Assembly (NCBI GenBank): GCA_964016885.1
Contig: OZ024743.1
Coordinates: 267,344,001 to 267,408,000, forward strand
DNA from: Eledone cirrhosa
Lineage: Eukaryota
Direction: 5' to 3'
Length of the DNA: 64,000 bases
Numbering within the stretch: the first letter of the stretch is position 1; every line of letters starts with the position of its first letter. Shown here in pieces: positions 40,440 to 56,032 of this stretch. The position numbers were made by a program, and so were the translations under genes. Under the pieces are notes generated by a model. That model was given only the letters and a program-made list of their open reading frames with translations. It was not told the origin of the DNA and did not search any database.

Positions 40440-41477
40440 AAAGAGAATCTCGCTCCCAGTTAACTTATGAATAACGTAAATTCTTCTTCATTTAGATCAT
40501 TTAAATTGCTGTTTCATAACATGTTCTTTTCAAACTTTTAAATTCCTCTCATTTCAAATTCGTTTTAATTGGGTTTTAAATATTATGATTATTTTGAATT
40601 CAATACGATATCATTTCATACTTTTTTCATGCAGTTTGTCCCTTATTTGTATTTTACATGATGGAGGAAAATGTATTTTTATTGACTTTGTAGATTTAAA
40701 AATGTACCAGTTATCACATTTTCTTCCCCATTCATCTTTCTATATAACCAAATCCTCTCTATGAATTTCCACGAAGTCTTCATTTAACATATTGTTTTAG
40801 TCGGGACATCTTTAGTAAAAGATTTACATCCGTACATACTTCGTTAAGCGTTCATATAATTTTCAAGTATTTTATTTTACCTGCATTTTTATTCTATATG
40901 ATATGTTTTCTAAAACATATCCATTTTATATATTCTCACTTGTCTAACAACAAAGCAAAAACGGCTTAAAGAGAAAATATTTGAAAGTGATGATCCAATG
41001 CTTTCTCAGTGCTTTCAATGCCTCTAAAAATCCAACACTACATACATTAGATCTTATGATTTAGTTACCTGCATGAAGCTATATATGGCGATGGTACTTG
41101 ATTCAGGAATCACTGCCGTCCAGAAAACAGGTACATGACACTCGTAATAAAGCCGAATAACGTATTCAGCTTACGGGATGCACACACACACACACCACTC
41201 ATATATATGTATGTCAGCAAAAAACAAAGTGTAGTTCGGAATAAAAAGGTTTGTCTCTGTTTTGTCTGGCCTTCAATGGGTCTCGTATACACATTAACGT
41301 ATCGCCTGTGTATGTACCGGTAGATACGTGGGTCTCCATTTATCTATGTACTTAAGTATATTTATATATATATATATGCATTTAGCTACATATGTAATAT
41401 ATAGGAATATATCTATATTTACATATAAATTTTTCTATCAAAATCTACCAGCCTATCTCTCTATCTCTTTTCCCCTT

Positions 41478-41626
<149 letters not shown>

Positions 41627-41796
41627 GTGTGTATTTTGAACAATGAAAATTACACAAAAGCCAGATCGTTTCAGAGTCTGAACATATTACCTTGCTGAAC
41701 TATCACTACAACGCTGCATTGCGTCCTATTAACATTATCTGCACCACTTTAAGTGTCAAGAAATTATATATATATACATATGCATATATATATATA

Positions 41797-41868
<72 letters not shown>

Positions 41869-41892
41869 TATATATATGCAAATATATATGTT

Positions 41893-41928
<36 letters not shown>

Positions 41929-42090
41929 TGCATATTTATTATATTCTATCTATAGACATTCGTTTTTCAAAAGCTCTCTATATATATCCATAGAAACTTG
42001 AATACGTTGAAGGACAGATAGATATTTGAATTTCTCTCTCATTCCAACCTAATCGATTTCCCACTCTCTAACCTCGTTTGGTCTCTCTAC

Positions 42091-42183
<93 letters not shown>

Positions 42184-42350
42184 TCTCTCCATCTCTCTCT
42201 CCTCTCTTTCTCTCTCTATATATATATAACTTCATCCATCCATTAAAAAGGAGATACATTTTTGACGTTCTTGTCTCAAACACACGGTCATGTATGTAAA
42301 TATATATGTATGTCTTTATGTCCATATAAATATGTATGTGGATATATATG

Positions 42351-42387
<37 letters not shown>

Positions 42388-42520
42388 AAAAGTATGACCC
42401 CGACGGCAGAGCTCAAGCCGTTTCGACGGCTATTTCTCGTCTATTTCCCACTCTACTACCCTAAGTATTGAATACTCTGGTGTGTTATGGTCCATATGGT
42501 TCCTTACCACAATTTCTTTG

Positions 42521-42603
<83 letters not shown>

Positions 42604-43270
42604 CATATATGTGTGTGAGTGTGTGTGACTGTGCCTGTGTGTGTGTGTGTGTTTGCGTATGTGTTGATGCCTACATACATACATATAGACAGACATATAT
42701 GTGAATGGGTGTTGATATTGTGTAATGTATTATTACAAAAGTACACGCGTGAATCGAAGTCAACACATCTAAAATGACTCGCATAATTACATTTATGTAT
42801 TTGTGTATATCTGCATGTATATACGTACATATAGCTACACACATGCACACGCGCACACACACGCACACACATACCAATATATATATTTATTTATATATGT
42901 ATTCATATATATATATATATATATATGCGTGTGTGTATCTATATATATATATATATAGATAGATAGATATAGAAATATATATATATATATGTATGTATGT
43001 ATATAACTATACATCAATATAATATACATAAATATAATACACTCACACTCACCGCATCCCCATCACACACTCACATAACACACCCATATATATTTATAGA
43101 CATATAACTTTCTCATATATATATATATATTTATATATATACATATATATACACATTTACATAGATGAAAATAAAAATAAAAAAATGAAAGAAAGAAAGA
43201 AATAAGGATAACAATTCTGAAAAGAAGTTCGCATATCTGTATATAATATGTGTGTGAGAGAGAGAAAGCG

Positions 43271-43360
<90 letters not shown>

Positions 43361-44019
43361 ATAGTGAGAGAGAATGGGGGAAAGTTAGAAATAGTCATTC
43401 ATCTACAGACAGACATTCCTTGTTAGGTTGTGAGCGAGAGATTGAGTAAGATACTACGTAAATGAATGTGCTTGTGAACGGTCGAACGGATGAACGCACG
43501 GACGAACGGACAAACGGACAAACGGACGAACGGAGGAACGGAAGGCAGAATATTGGATAAAGGAAAGATAGCAAAATGAATATCTTTACTTATTCCATAG
43601 AACTGTCCATTCGTTTTCCATCGAGTCGTAATTCTTTTCAGGAATAAAAAAAATAAAAAAATAAAGAAAAGGATAAAAAGAAAAGAGAGAGAGAAAATCT
43701 TCGAACGTATGAGAGAAGACACAAACCTGGAGAAGAGACTGGTGGGGTGTGGGGGAGAAACCAAAAGAATAAGAAAGAAAGAAAGCAGAAATGAAAACTA
43801 AAATTTTACCATTAATAATTCCGATTGAAGGAACAGAAAGAAATGACATATTCAGACCATGCTCGCTGAAGCGACGGGAAATATCACCAAATGTATTAGC
43901 AAAATGTCCTTACAGCCAACCACATTTACTTAGCCATCAGCAAAAAGAAGTTATGTTCTTTTCTCCTAGGCTGGCTCATCGGAAGGCTAGCTGTTTGGAT
44001 CGATGATAGGTTTAACTGG

Positions 44020-44544
44020 CTAGCTGGCTGGTTGTTGGTGGCTGGCTGGTTGACTAGATGGCTGGTTTTAGCTGGCTGGTTAGCTGGTTGGCTGGTTGGT
44101 TTGGCGTGTGTGTGTCTGGCTGGTGTGTGGCTGGCTGGTTGGCTTGTTGGCTGGTTGGTTTATTGGTTGGCTGGTTGCTTAGTTGGTTGGCTAGTTGTGG
44201 CTGACTGGTGAGTGGCTGGCTGGTTTGCTAGATGGCTGGTGTTTGGCTGGCTGGTTATCTGGCTGAATGGTTAGTGGCTGACTGGTTTGCTGGTTGGCTG
44301 GTTTTAGCTGGCTGGTGTGTGTCTGGCTGGTGAGTGGCTGGTGTGTTAGCTGGTTGGCTAGTTGTGGCTGTCTGGTGAGTGGCTGGCTGGTTTGCTGGTT
44401 GGCTGGTGTGTTACTGGCTGGTTAGCTGGTTAGCGGGCTGGTTAGCTGGTTGGCTGGTTATTTGCTGGCTGGTTTGCTGGTTGGCTGAATGACTGGCTGG
44501 CTGATTAATTGGTTGGCCGGATGTAGGATGGATAAACGGCTGGT
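44020..44544. repeat. Degenerate (GGCT/GGTT)n repeat
   Basis: Visible simple repeat. Confidence 0.9.
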
Positions 44545-44847
44545 GGCTGGCTGGAAAATAGACCGATGGTTAACTAATTAGCTGCTTGGCTCGTTGGTTC
44601 ACTAAGATTAACTGGCATGTTAACTGATTGGCTCGCAGTCTGGCTGGCTGGAGAAATAGACCGATGGTTAACTAATTAGCTGCTTGGCTCGTTGGTTCAC
44701 TAAGATTAACTGGCATGTTAACTGATTGGCTCGCAGTCTGGCTGGCTGGAGAAATAGACCGATGGTTAACTAGTTAGCTGCTTGGCTCGTTGGTTCACTA
44801 AGATTAACTGGCGTGTTAACTGATTGGCTCGCAGTCTGGCTGGCTGG
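44545..44847. repeat. 98-bp tandem repeat, 3 copies
   Basis: GACCGATGG recurs at 44561, 44659 and 44757. Confidence 0.93.
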
Positions 44848-45183
44848 TTAGTTAGCTGTTCATTTGGCTGATTAGTTATCTGGTTAGTTAGGTGCATGCG
44901 GTTGGCTCGATAGTTGATTGACGGGGTGGTTCGTCTGTTGGATGGCGGACTGGATGGCTGGCCTGTTATGTTGGTTGGAAGTCTGACTAGATGTATGGGT
45001 AGGTGGACGGTTGGTTGGTTGTTGGGTTGTCCGGTTATCTGATTGGTTGACTAGAAGCTTTCGCAAATTACGGCTTCAGCTTTCACTCGTATCAGCTTGC
45101 TCAACCTGAAGTCAATTGCGCCAAATTTTGGGCAGTCAGAATGAACCAAGACCTAGGGTGTTGTAAAGCGAACCGCACATTCA

Positions 45184-45261
<78 letters not shown>

Positions 45262-45490
45262 CCTCTTTCTCTCTCTCTCTCACTCTCTTTATGTCTCTCT
45301 TAGTCTCCTTCTCTCTCTCCCTCTCTCTCTCTCTCGCTCTCTCCCTCTTGCATATATATGTTTGTGTATATGTCTGTGTGGGTGTGTGTGTATGGTTGTA
45401 TATATATATATATATAGTTTCTCCATTTATTGTGTAAGTTATTTTATAGCATCTCCGCGTATGAGCACACCACTCTTTATACCAACTTTA

Positions 45491-45523
45491 CACCCTCGGC
45501 GATTCTTATAAGTCCGAAATATC

Positions 45524-45615
<92 letters not shown>

Positions 45616-45734
45616 ATGTAAATATATTTGTGTGTGTCTGTGTACACAGAAATATTTATGCTCACACGCATATATCTACATATATGTAATATATTCGTAG
45701 CGGATCTTTCGGACTTATACGAAGTCTGAGGGTG
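45491..45734. mobile_element. MITE with ~40-bp imperfect TIRs and TA flanks (Tc1/mariner-like)
   Basis: TA|CACCCTCGGCGATTCTTATAAGTCCGAAATATCCACTA ... TAGCGGATCTTTCGGACTTATACGAAGTCTGAGGGTG|TA. Confidence 0.7.
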
Positions 45735-45752
45735 TAACATTAATATAAAAAG

Positions 45753-45811
<59 letters not shown>

Positions 45812-46159
45812 TGTATGTGTATGTGTGTGTGTATGTGTATATGTGTATGTGTGTGTGCGTGTGCGTGTGCGTGCATTAGTATGTGATATTAAATTACACC
45901 AAGAATAAGTGATACCGAAAGCTAATATTCACCTATTCGATTTAAATTAAAGCAAAGTGAAAGTGCAACAGGAAAATAAACTGGGAATTCATATAATTAT
46001 GACTGGTGTTCTTCCTTTATCAAATGACGCAAATATATAACGAAATAAAATCACAAACTCAGATATATTTGCTGATAATACAAGATATACATATTTGTTT
46101 ATAGCTGTTTACGCTGTGCATCCCCGTGTTCCACCGGTATGTGACCTATTTTTTCGAAC

Positions 46160-46392
46160 AGATTCTTAGATCAGGCGACTGTAGAGGCCGAGGAAGACTA
46201 AAAAGGAATTGGATGGAGGATGTCCGTCGGGATCAAACTATGCTTGACATGGACCAAGTGAGATATGCAGACAGAAACACATGGAGCGGGACGCTAAAGA
46301 GCGTTGTCAGGCAGGACCCACCCCTACTTACGGATTAACTGTGTCGTGCATAATGAAAAACTGGATTATGATTATGATGATGATGATGATGA
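46160..46392 (+). mobile_element. RTE LINE 3' fragment with (GAT)n tail
   Basis: RGRGRLKRNWMEDVRRD..ADRNTW, then GAT repeats. Confidence 0.7.
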
Positions 46393-46859
46393 AAATTAAT
46401 AATTTAGCAAAGATAAATATCTGCCATTGAAATCTTCAATTGTACAGATTAAAGAACAAATTATATTTCATACACTTTAGAATCTCTTTTTATTTAAAAT
46501 GAATAAGTAATGGTGTTCTTGATCTTGTTGTTTCTATCTGACGACAATTATAACAAGCCTTGTCGTGAAATAATTTAGATGAATAAATCGAATTTTTGGA
46601 AAACCTGCTCATTCATTTTATTGAATTGATCCTGCAGCTACAACGGGACAATGGAAGATGTCACCAGATTTGATCACAACTTTTCAATGACTGAGAGAAA
46701 ATACGGAATCCATATGCGTACCTAGAAATTTTTTCCAGAAAACGTTTTAGCTGCGGATCGGGCAAATCAACAGAAATCGAAGAAATTCCTTGAACATTTA
46801 AAAAATACTCTTATAGTAACAGGATCAACCGTATTAATTCTTTCAAACTTATGCACACA

Positions 46860-47030
46860 GGGAACGGGAGAAGTCGATTAAATCAGCCGTCTGTACTTTC
46901 ATCTAGTTTATTTTATCAATCCTGGAAGGATGAAAAGCAATGTTGTTCTCGGTGGAATTTAAACTCAGAGCGTATAGGGCTTTAACGAAATACTGCAATG
47001 CATTTCATCCGATGCATTAACGAGTGTTCC
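46860..47030 (-). mobile_element. Diverged SINE copy
   Basis: TTTTATCAATCCTGGAAGGATGAAAAGCAA..GGAATTTAAACTCAGA. Confidence 0.65.
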
Positions 47031-47989
47031 AAGCATCAATAGAGTATCGATTACAACAATGGTGCATTATTATTTAAAAACAGTTTGGGTACATATGGGT
47101 GGAACATAGACCCATCTGATTAATGTTGACTCGATAAAAATTATCAACAAGAATGATACTATAAAGATAAGTTCCCAAATTTATCCAGACAATAATTACC
47201 ACGATCATCATACGTACATAATATTGATACTCTTCAAATTTCTTCTTCCCATCGTAAATACTGCCATCATCAAAACCATCAACGTAACAATGATAATATG
47301 CAGTACAAACAATTTTGTCCAAACCTTCCATCATCTATCTCTAACATCACCATCGCCACTTCAACCATCGAAACTACAATTTAATTTAACAGCCACGTCA
47401 CCAGATTTAATCATTACGGTCACCAGAGGAACAAATATGTAATCACTGGGGCTGCATGAAATTACCACTCTAAATGAATCGAAATGTTCTAAATTGAATT
47501 ATTTGTTCAGATAAACTATAGGTATAAAAAATAAGAGATGGTCACGTCTGGAATGCATTTGATAATAGGTCTGTTGAATCAGGTCTAACTTGGAACTAAG
47601 TACTAATTACTTTAACAATAGCAACATTATCATCACTATCAACAACATCAACATTAATCAACTAATTAATTAACCACCCAGTAAGCAATCCATTACTTGG
47701 TCACTCGAAAAATAGCAGTCAAATCTCCATTCTAGCTTTCAAATTAAAAACAGTTAAGGAGTAGGAAACATTGAATCGCGTTATCAAAAGAAACAATTTC
47801 TCTGAAAAGAAAAGAAATGACGGGATGATCACGGCTAAAACGGCTAGTAGAACATAACGAATTGAACAACTGAGGTACATCAGCCTATCAGCCAAACATC
47901 AAGCTCGTAAGACAGCCAACCTCTCAGCCAGCAAACCAACTATGAAACACCAATATTTTCTTGAGCCTTACCACATTCTAAATTATGTT

Positions 47990-49380
47990 ATTACCATCAT
48001 CATCATCATCAGACCACCAGCAACGTGATATAATCACAGCCATCATCCTCACACCATCACTCTCACTACCGCTAGCATAACAAGCACCACCACCACCACT
48101 ACCACCACTACTACCAGCAAAACAACTATCACCATAACCACAACTATGATGATAATGATGATATTGATGATGATGATGATGATGATCAACATCATCATCA
48201 TCATCATCACCATCATATTCCTAATATGCTCATGCGTTTACCACCAACTTGCTCTTCACCATCTTCTTATCATCATCACCCGGCACCATCATCATCACTA
48301 TAACACTGTTATTAATATCATTATAATTCGATAATCACTGCCATGACCAATACTTTACCACCATCATCTGACCATCATCACCCTCATGTAATCGCTATCA
48401 CCAGCACCTTAACACCACCACCATCACCGCTATATTATCTCCATCGGTATCATGGCCATAATTCTTCAAAAACACCGCCACAATCAACACCACCTTACCA
48501 CTGTCTCTAACATCTTACCATTCTCATCATAAACATCTTATTCAACATCATCAACATCATCACCATCGTCAACATCATATTAACACTATTACTATCAAGA
48601 TATCTGGACAACTCCAGCGTCCTCATCATCTCACCTCTATTACCCCTATCAGCACCACCTTACCAGCATCATCACTGTAAAACCACCGCCATCCACATAT
48701 CGGCATCATCACTGACTTCATCACTATCACCATCGCCATGACCATTCCTTTCCCCAGCAGCATCACTATCACCATCAGCATTCCCACCCCCTCCACATCA
48801 CCATCGTTATCATTATCCAATCACCATCTACATATCTAACATCGCTATCGCCGTCACCATCACCATGTCCATACCCATCCCCACCATCATCCTCGCTTTA
48901 ATTATCCCCATCGCTGTACAGTTATCGCCATTCCATCCGACACCGCCATCAACATCATTATCATTATCCAATCACCATGTACATATCAACCACCACCACC
49001 GCCCTCATCACCGTCATTGTCACCATCACCATATTCAACCCCATCTCCACCACCATCACCATCATTATCATCACCCAACCACCACCACCACCACCACCTT
49101 CATCACCATCATTGTAACCATCACCATGTTCAACCCAATCTGCACCACCATCACCATCGCTATAATTATCCCCATCGCTGTCCAATGTCCCACCATTCAT
49201 TCCCGCACCGCCATCACCATCGTTATCATTGTTTCATCACCATCTACACAATCTCCCAACAACCCCTTATCAACTCCATCCTTACCACCGCTACCACCAC
49301 CACTGTCACAATCGCCTACACATTTACAGCCAACACCCACCCCGACCCCATCTTTCATTACATCTCTTCCGTACAATATC
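47990..49380. repeat. Degenerate (CAC/CAT)n region with internal duplicated blocks
   Basis: ATCATTATCCAATCACCAT and ATTATCCCCATCGCTGT each recur. Confidence 0.85.
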
Positions 49381-49748
49381 GTGGTCAGTTTAATTAAGCA
49401 GTCTATAGCCAATAGTTAGAGATTGACCAACTCTGCATTATGGTGTCTAGCTACGTTGGTCAGACATATTCACAATAGAAGGAACAGTGGTGGTGCTGGT
49501 GACGATTGTGTTGTTGTTGGGGTAGTGCTGGGGGTGTTGGTGATGTTGGTTTTGTTATTGCGGTAGGCGTGACGGTGAGGGTGGTGAAAGTAGACATGGT
49601 GTGGTAGCGTCGTGGTGATGGTAGGCGTTGATGGCGATGGGGATGAATGCGGTTATGCGGTGATGCTGTTGGTGGTATGGTTGTAGTATGATGGAGGTGA
49701 TGGACGTGTTAATAGTGGTGATGCTGGTGGTGAAGGTAATAATATTAA

Positions 49749-49780
<32 letters not shown>

Positions 49781-49964
49781 TTTGTTGTTTGTTGTTCAGG
49801 AACGCTGGTTATGTTAAGAGATGTTTCAGTGAATATGTGTGACTGTGGACTAGTGTTGTTGTATCTGATGTTTATGTAGGTGGTAGCGCTAGTGGTAGTA
49901 TGTGTTATACCATTTGTTGTGTTTATTATGGCAGTGATAGATAAATCATTAATATGTATTAATG

Positions 49965-50264
49965 GGTTTATTTATTTGCCACAAGGGTCGACATATAGGG
50001 GGCAATACAATAGACGGGACAGTAGGGGGTTTACATAAAAATCGAATAAAAAATAGGAAAACAATAACAATAAACAAGAAAAATACAACAATGAAAATTC
50101 CCCAATAGGGAGGAAAACCACCGAGGGTTGATTCAGGTACCCTACCTATCCTGAACCACCCGACGCTTGGAGTTTACTAGGGAAGGGCACCCCTAGCCTT
50201 CTCAAATTCACCAGCCTACAGGCGCATGATCATAGTAGGCCCACTCATACGGGCCATTATTCAA
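49965..50264 (-). mobile_element. 5'-truncated non-LTR retroelement 3' end (possibly Tx1/L1-like) with 11-bp target-site duplication
   Basis: ATGTATTAATG at 49954-49964 and 50265-50275; minus strand has ORF end ARMSGPTMIMRL* and terminates CCCTTGTGGCAAATAAATAAA. Confidence 0.6.
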
Positions 50265-50693
50265 ATGTATTAATGATAGTATTAGTGATACATTTCATGT
50301 TGACGATTGTGGTGGTGGTTGTGGTGAGGGTAATGTTGGAGATGGTGGTGTTAGTGGTGATAGTGTTGCTGGGAAGTGTGGTGGTGGTGACTGTGGTTGT
50401 GGTGACTTTGGTGGTGGTAGTGTTGAGAGTAGTGGTAGTAGTGGTAGTTCGGGGTTGTTCTGGTGTTGGTAGTGGTGTTGGTGCTGGTAATGTCAGTGAT
50501 AGGGGTGGTGGCTATCGTTGTGTGGGAGGCCGTGGTGGTTGTGGTTGTGATGGGGGTAATAATGGAGTTGGTGGTGGTGATGGTGATAGTGTTGTTTTTG
50601 GTGATGGTTGGTTTAAGTATGCATGAGTGTGTGTATCACACGGCTCTGAGTGTTATGTATTGTGTGTTTATATGTGAATATGTGTGTGTGTGT

Positions 50694-50725
<32 letters not shown>

Positions 50726-50727
50726 CT

Positions 50728-50786
<59 letters not shown>

Positions 50787-53321
50787 TGTGTGTGAGTGTG
50801 TGTATGTGTGTATGAGTCTGTATGGCAGAAGAGGTATTGATGGGGGTAAAGTTGATGCTGATGGACATGATTGATAGTAATGTTGGCGGTTGTGTTGGTA
50901 GATATGGTGTTGGTAGATATTGTTGGTGTTGGTGATGGTGTTGTTGGTGTTTAGTTTCATTAGTGATTGGCAGAGATGATATTGTTCTTCCTTATGATAA
51001 TGTTGTTATTGTTCTTGTTTGTATTTGTAGCTGTGTATTGGTGGTAGTGGAGATGTGTGGTAGTTTTAGTGGTGTTGTGTGAGGGATGACGTGAATACGT
51101 TTATTGTAGTAGATGTTGTGGTGTTGGCTTTATTGGTTTGGGAAGTAGTTTTGTTATTGGTGGTCGTGATGGTGGTAGTTATGAGTGTTGGGTTTGTGGA
51201 GACGAGTGAAATGTTCGTTTGTGTTGCGAGGGAGATAGAGAGAGAACGATGTATGGAAGATGGTGTGTAGTTGTAGAGGTTATGGAAGTAGTTTGGACGT
51301 GGTGATTATCATGGCTCTATAGAAATGATGATGTTGGTGTTGGTAGTTGCAAGACCGTTATTGGATTAACCGTCCTAATTTCGTTCTAGTCTCGCTTCAA
51401 ACCGGATAATTAAATTTCCAGAAGAGGGACAAATATTTGTACAAAAATAAAAACAGTAATAATACAACTAAAATATAAAACAAGATGGAACAAAAGTGAA
51501 AAAAAAAGCACGAAAACCGAATAAATTAATAAAGAAAAACTGTGAATAAATAAATAACGATATCATAGAAGAATTAGATATAAAATATAAAATGACGGCT
51601 GATGATTTGTTCACTTCCGGTGGAGAAATATTTGATCAAATAATATAAATAATAACTATCATCTTCTGCAATTACACTGCTATAGTATCAAATCTACTGT
51701 CGGACATAGAGCATCTACTTCTTAAAACTTCATCCATTTATCTTATCCCATTCAGTGATGAAATCCTCTACTTCCTTTGTTTGATGAAATCATCTTTCTC
51801 TTTTTTCCTCTAGCTCCAAGTTTCTGGATTGTTGTTCAGTTTACAATATCAAACAATATTAAGCAGACATTAAATCTGTAATATAAGGTGTAACAATATG
51901 ATGATCATGTATTTTCCCCGGGCATACTATATCTAGATCTGTATTACGCAAAGTGCCCGTCCTCTCTTAAGAGGAGAAGCTGGGATTTTAAGAATATTCG
52001 TCTTATATTTCAAACACTTGTGTAACCGTATTTCTAAATTGATTCATAAACAATTCTTTGTTGACTTGCTGTGTGTTGGTTTTCGTGCGGATTTGTATGC
52101 ATTATGTGCAATAGGAAAGACGATTCGGATATTTAAGAATCTTTATCTATGTTAGGAATGTTTTTATATATTCTATAGCTTCTATCACCATCGTCTAGTC
52201 CCAGGAATTTCTGATATTCAATGGATAAAGCTTTTTCTCACAAGAGATCTCGCAGATATAGATTTCAGACTTCCATCTATTTTTCAAAGAATACATTAGA
52301 AAACAGAAAATGAGGAGTGAGTTTTGTTTCTGTTCAGAAGTGACATAACATTAATCGCTGATACTAAATGAAAGCTATTGGAGGTGCATCATGCCTATAA
52401 TAAATGAGACAACAAAGAAAGGAAAATACTTGAAATTTATACATCAAACGCATCATTATTAAGTGGGATATTTTCAAATAATTTGAATATCATCTACAAT
52501 CTCAAAAAGCTATCAACAAAACAACCTTTCACAAACATTTACTGGTTTTATTGTTTTCCAAATCCCGCCGAGTTTGCTTTGCCATTCATCCTTACTGGGT
52601 CGATCAAATATAGAACCGGTAAGGCACAGGGCACAATTTGATCGATTTTCCCTTCTACAAAATGTGTTGGCTTTTTGCCTAAATCAGACACAATTATTAT
52701 AAATAATTATTTATATCGTCACTACCATGAATGCAAGTAACATGAATGGTAGCAACATTTCTAGCAATATTAAAATTATCAGCCATATCAATAAAATGGA
52801 AATGACAATACTTATCCTCAGCATCAACAGTCATTTTGAAATCATCAATGTTACCTGTTCATCGTCACTTTAATTTACACCATACTGAAATTCATCTTGA
52901 ACATCATGATCACCATCACCACCAGAATCAACAACATCAATATGGCCAACATCGAAATGAAAACCACCACACACACCCCAACAATCACCACCGCTTCCAT
53001 TACCGTCATCATCGCCTGCGCAACCACCATTACAAACGCAATCAACAACAGCAGCGATAGTGCGATCAAGAGCTTTCAAGAACAAATACGTTTAACGGAC
53101 CAGATCTAGGTACTAAATGACGGAGATGAAAGTGAGAGATATCAAGAGTCTCCATTGGTTAATTCATGTCACAGTATTTAATGACGCCCACTGTGCTGTT
53201 ATATATTTCGTCTCTGCCCTTCCTTAACAACTACATCTGACGAAGTTGTTTATATCTACGAAACCAATGGCAATGCAAGGATAAGTCAAAAATATTAATA
53301 CATCACGCGCAGACAGACTGA

Positions 53322-53381
<60 letters not shown>

Positions 53382-54984
53382 CACACACATATTCATATGG
53401 GTGGTTCTGTGCGTGTGTAGTTGTGCATACTTATGAACGTGTGTACGTTTGATTAGTTTTATTGTACACATGTGTATTCATGGTTTCGTTTACGCTAACA
53501 CTGACTGCAAAGATAGATGCCAATCATATTCACTAAATTCTATCGGTTTCTGCCAACCGAGTCAATATTAACGTTAACTGTGTTTTACAAATCTGATCAA
53601 TCCAATTCCAAGATGGAATGGAATAATCTAGGAAATCGTTTAGTGATGTCACAGAATCTAGTGCCATCTGCATAATAGAAATTGTTGGTGTCACATGTTC
53701 TTCTATACCTGAAATCTTGACTCTTTTCTGCATTCATGATATATTTGCTGTAGTTGCTGCTAAATTTATTTTGTATTCGTTTTAGAGCTGCTAGTCAGAA
53801 ACTAAGGAAATGTATATGTTTTTTAAGCCGTTTGTTCCAAATCAATTGGCTAATGGAGATGATTATATTGTTAGAGTGGTTGGAAGCATTGAAACCGTAT
53901 AGTTGAATACCATTTATTTCGCGGACTGAGGGAAAGGAGAACACCACGTGTTATTTTTATCTGCAAACCTCAGAATAACGTCTTAGAAAAGAAGAAACGT
54001 AGTACAATGTTTTATATAGGCTAAGGAATATGCTTTAGATAAGCTAAGAAAAAGAAAATGCTCAGCTCTGAAATCTCTATAGTAATAGATATGATTGATA
54101 ATGTCTGACTGAAAGTAAGAGAACGAAGAAAGTTAAAGCAGACTAAGTAAATGTAATATATATATATATGTACGCTTTCTGACATGGCACGTGGCCACAG
54201 TTATGTTTGTGTCGGAAATCGAGCGATAGCAGTAACAGTCTTGTACTTCACTGAAGTCTGCACCTCCTGCATACATCATATGACTCTCAGCACCGGAAGG
54301 CCATCGCAAACGCAACAGTAACAAGCCCAACAAGAACAACAAAACAATATATGGCAGTGACAAATGCAACAACAAAAATGGATGACAACAGCAATGACAA
54401 CAATTACAAAAAAGGTGAGAACACCACCAACACTTGACCAGCACCACAACAACACCACAACAACACCAAACTACTATACACTCCCTACACCAAAACCATG
54501 TTATCTTAAGTGATAGCATAGTGACGGAGCCTGTTGCATGCAATTGTTCCAGTGTTCAAGCATTGCTAATATGTGGTGTTTTTTGTCGAACATCTATTAA
54601 TAGTTGCGGAAAATATCCGAGCATTGGCTCAATTTTATAGTGCAGATCCGTCCGCCGACTTCTTTTGACGAAAGCGACTTCTTTTGACAGAGGTATTCCA
54701 TTTTGGAAAGGCCTCATGAACGTTTTCAAATGTGGATTGGAAAATGAGGGTAAGAAGGGCAGTTCATTTTTCACCCAGTAAATTTATCGTCAATGGGTTA
54801 ACTGTGAATGTGCACTTATTAGTAGAGAAAAGTTAGTGAAAAAATAAGAGAAGGCCATTGCCCTTGGTAGTAAGGGTTTATCAAGTTTTGAGCGGTTTCC
54901 TGAATTGCCCATGGAGATCTTCTTCCATCTAGGGAATTTATTATTGTTTTCATTTTGCTTTTATTTTTATATAATCAGATTTAA

Positions 54985-55262
54985 GTCACCAATGCTACTA
55001 CATTTGATCACATGTAACTCAACCCCACTTCTATATTTCATCACATATAACCCGCAAACACTTGTATATTTGATCAAATGTAAGCCACCATCCCTACTAC
55101 ATTTAAACACATGTAACCCAGCACCATTAGTATATTTGACAACATATAACCCACTATCACTAGTATATTTAATTACATGTACCCCACAACCACTAGTATA
55201 TTTGATAACATGTAACCCACTACCACTAGTACAATTCACCACATGTAACCCACAACTCCTAC
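54985..55262. repeat. 33-bp degenerate minisatellite, about 8 copies
   Basis: Units like ACATGTAACCCAC.ACCACTAGTATATTTGAT. Confidence 0.88.
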
Positions 55263-55360
55263 TATTCTTTGAATCACGACCTTGTACGTCCTTATTATCA
55301 TTATGCACTTGTGGCCAATAAAATATTTATTGTTAGTAGTAGTATAATTCTTGTTCTTTA

Positions 55361-55999
55361 GGGTGATAGAGTGGCCCTATCAGTAGGGCGTCGGACGTTT
55401 TGTAGCATATAGTTATGTCCTTTTATGTTCTCAGTTCAAATCCCACCGAGGTTAAATTTGCCTTGCAACCTTACAGTGTAGATACATTAAAGTATCAGTA
55501 ACGCACTGGGGTCGATTTAACCGACTTTCTCCTGTCTCGAAATTGTTGGACTTGTGCTTAAATCAGAATCATTTTTATTATTATTGTTGTTATATGGGTC
55601 GAGGATTGGCAGTATCGATAGAGGGTCGGATACCATGCTTTGACGCATAGAGTTACGGCTCTTGCCATTCTGAGTTCAAATCCCGCCGAGGTTGACTTGC
55701 CTTTCATCCTACGGGGTCGATAAAATAAAGTACCAGTATGTACTGGGTAATTGCTGGCCTTGTGCCAAATGTAGAAACAATTATTATTGTTGTTATATAG
55801 GGATAGAGAGTATCGGTAGCTCACTGGACAACATGCTTTGCAGGATATAGTTACGTCTCTTTACGTTCCAGTTTAAATACCCTAAGTTTAAATTTGCCTT
55901 TCGTCATTACGGGACTATAAAATAAAGTACCAGTAACGCACTGGGATTGATTTAATCGACATCCCTCTGTCCATTGTTCGCCTTGTATATTATAATTAA

Positions 56000-56032
<33 letters not shown>

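Noticed and set aside
47990-51350. Switch from CAC-rich to GTG-rich sequence as a large inverted repeat
   Set aside because: Only compositional complementarity; no alignable arms seen
54556-54801. 72-aa minus ORF and a TTAACCC piggyBac-like end
   Set aside because: No recognisable domain and no partner terminal repeat found
54905-55321. 138-aa and 113-aa ORFs with periodic Cys
   Set aside because: Products of the 33-bp minisatellite
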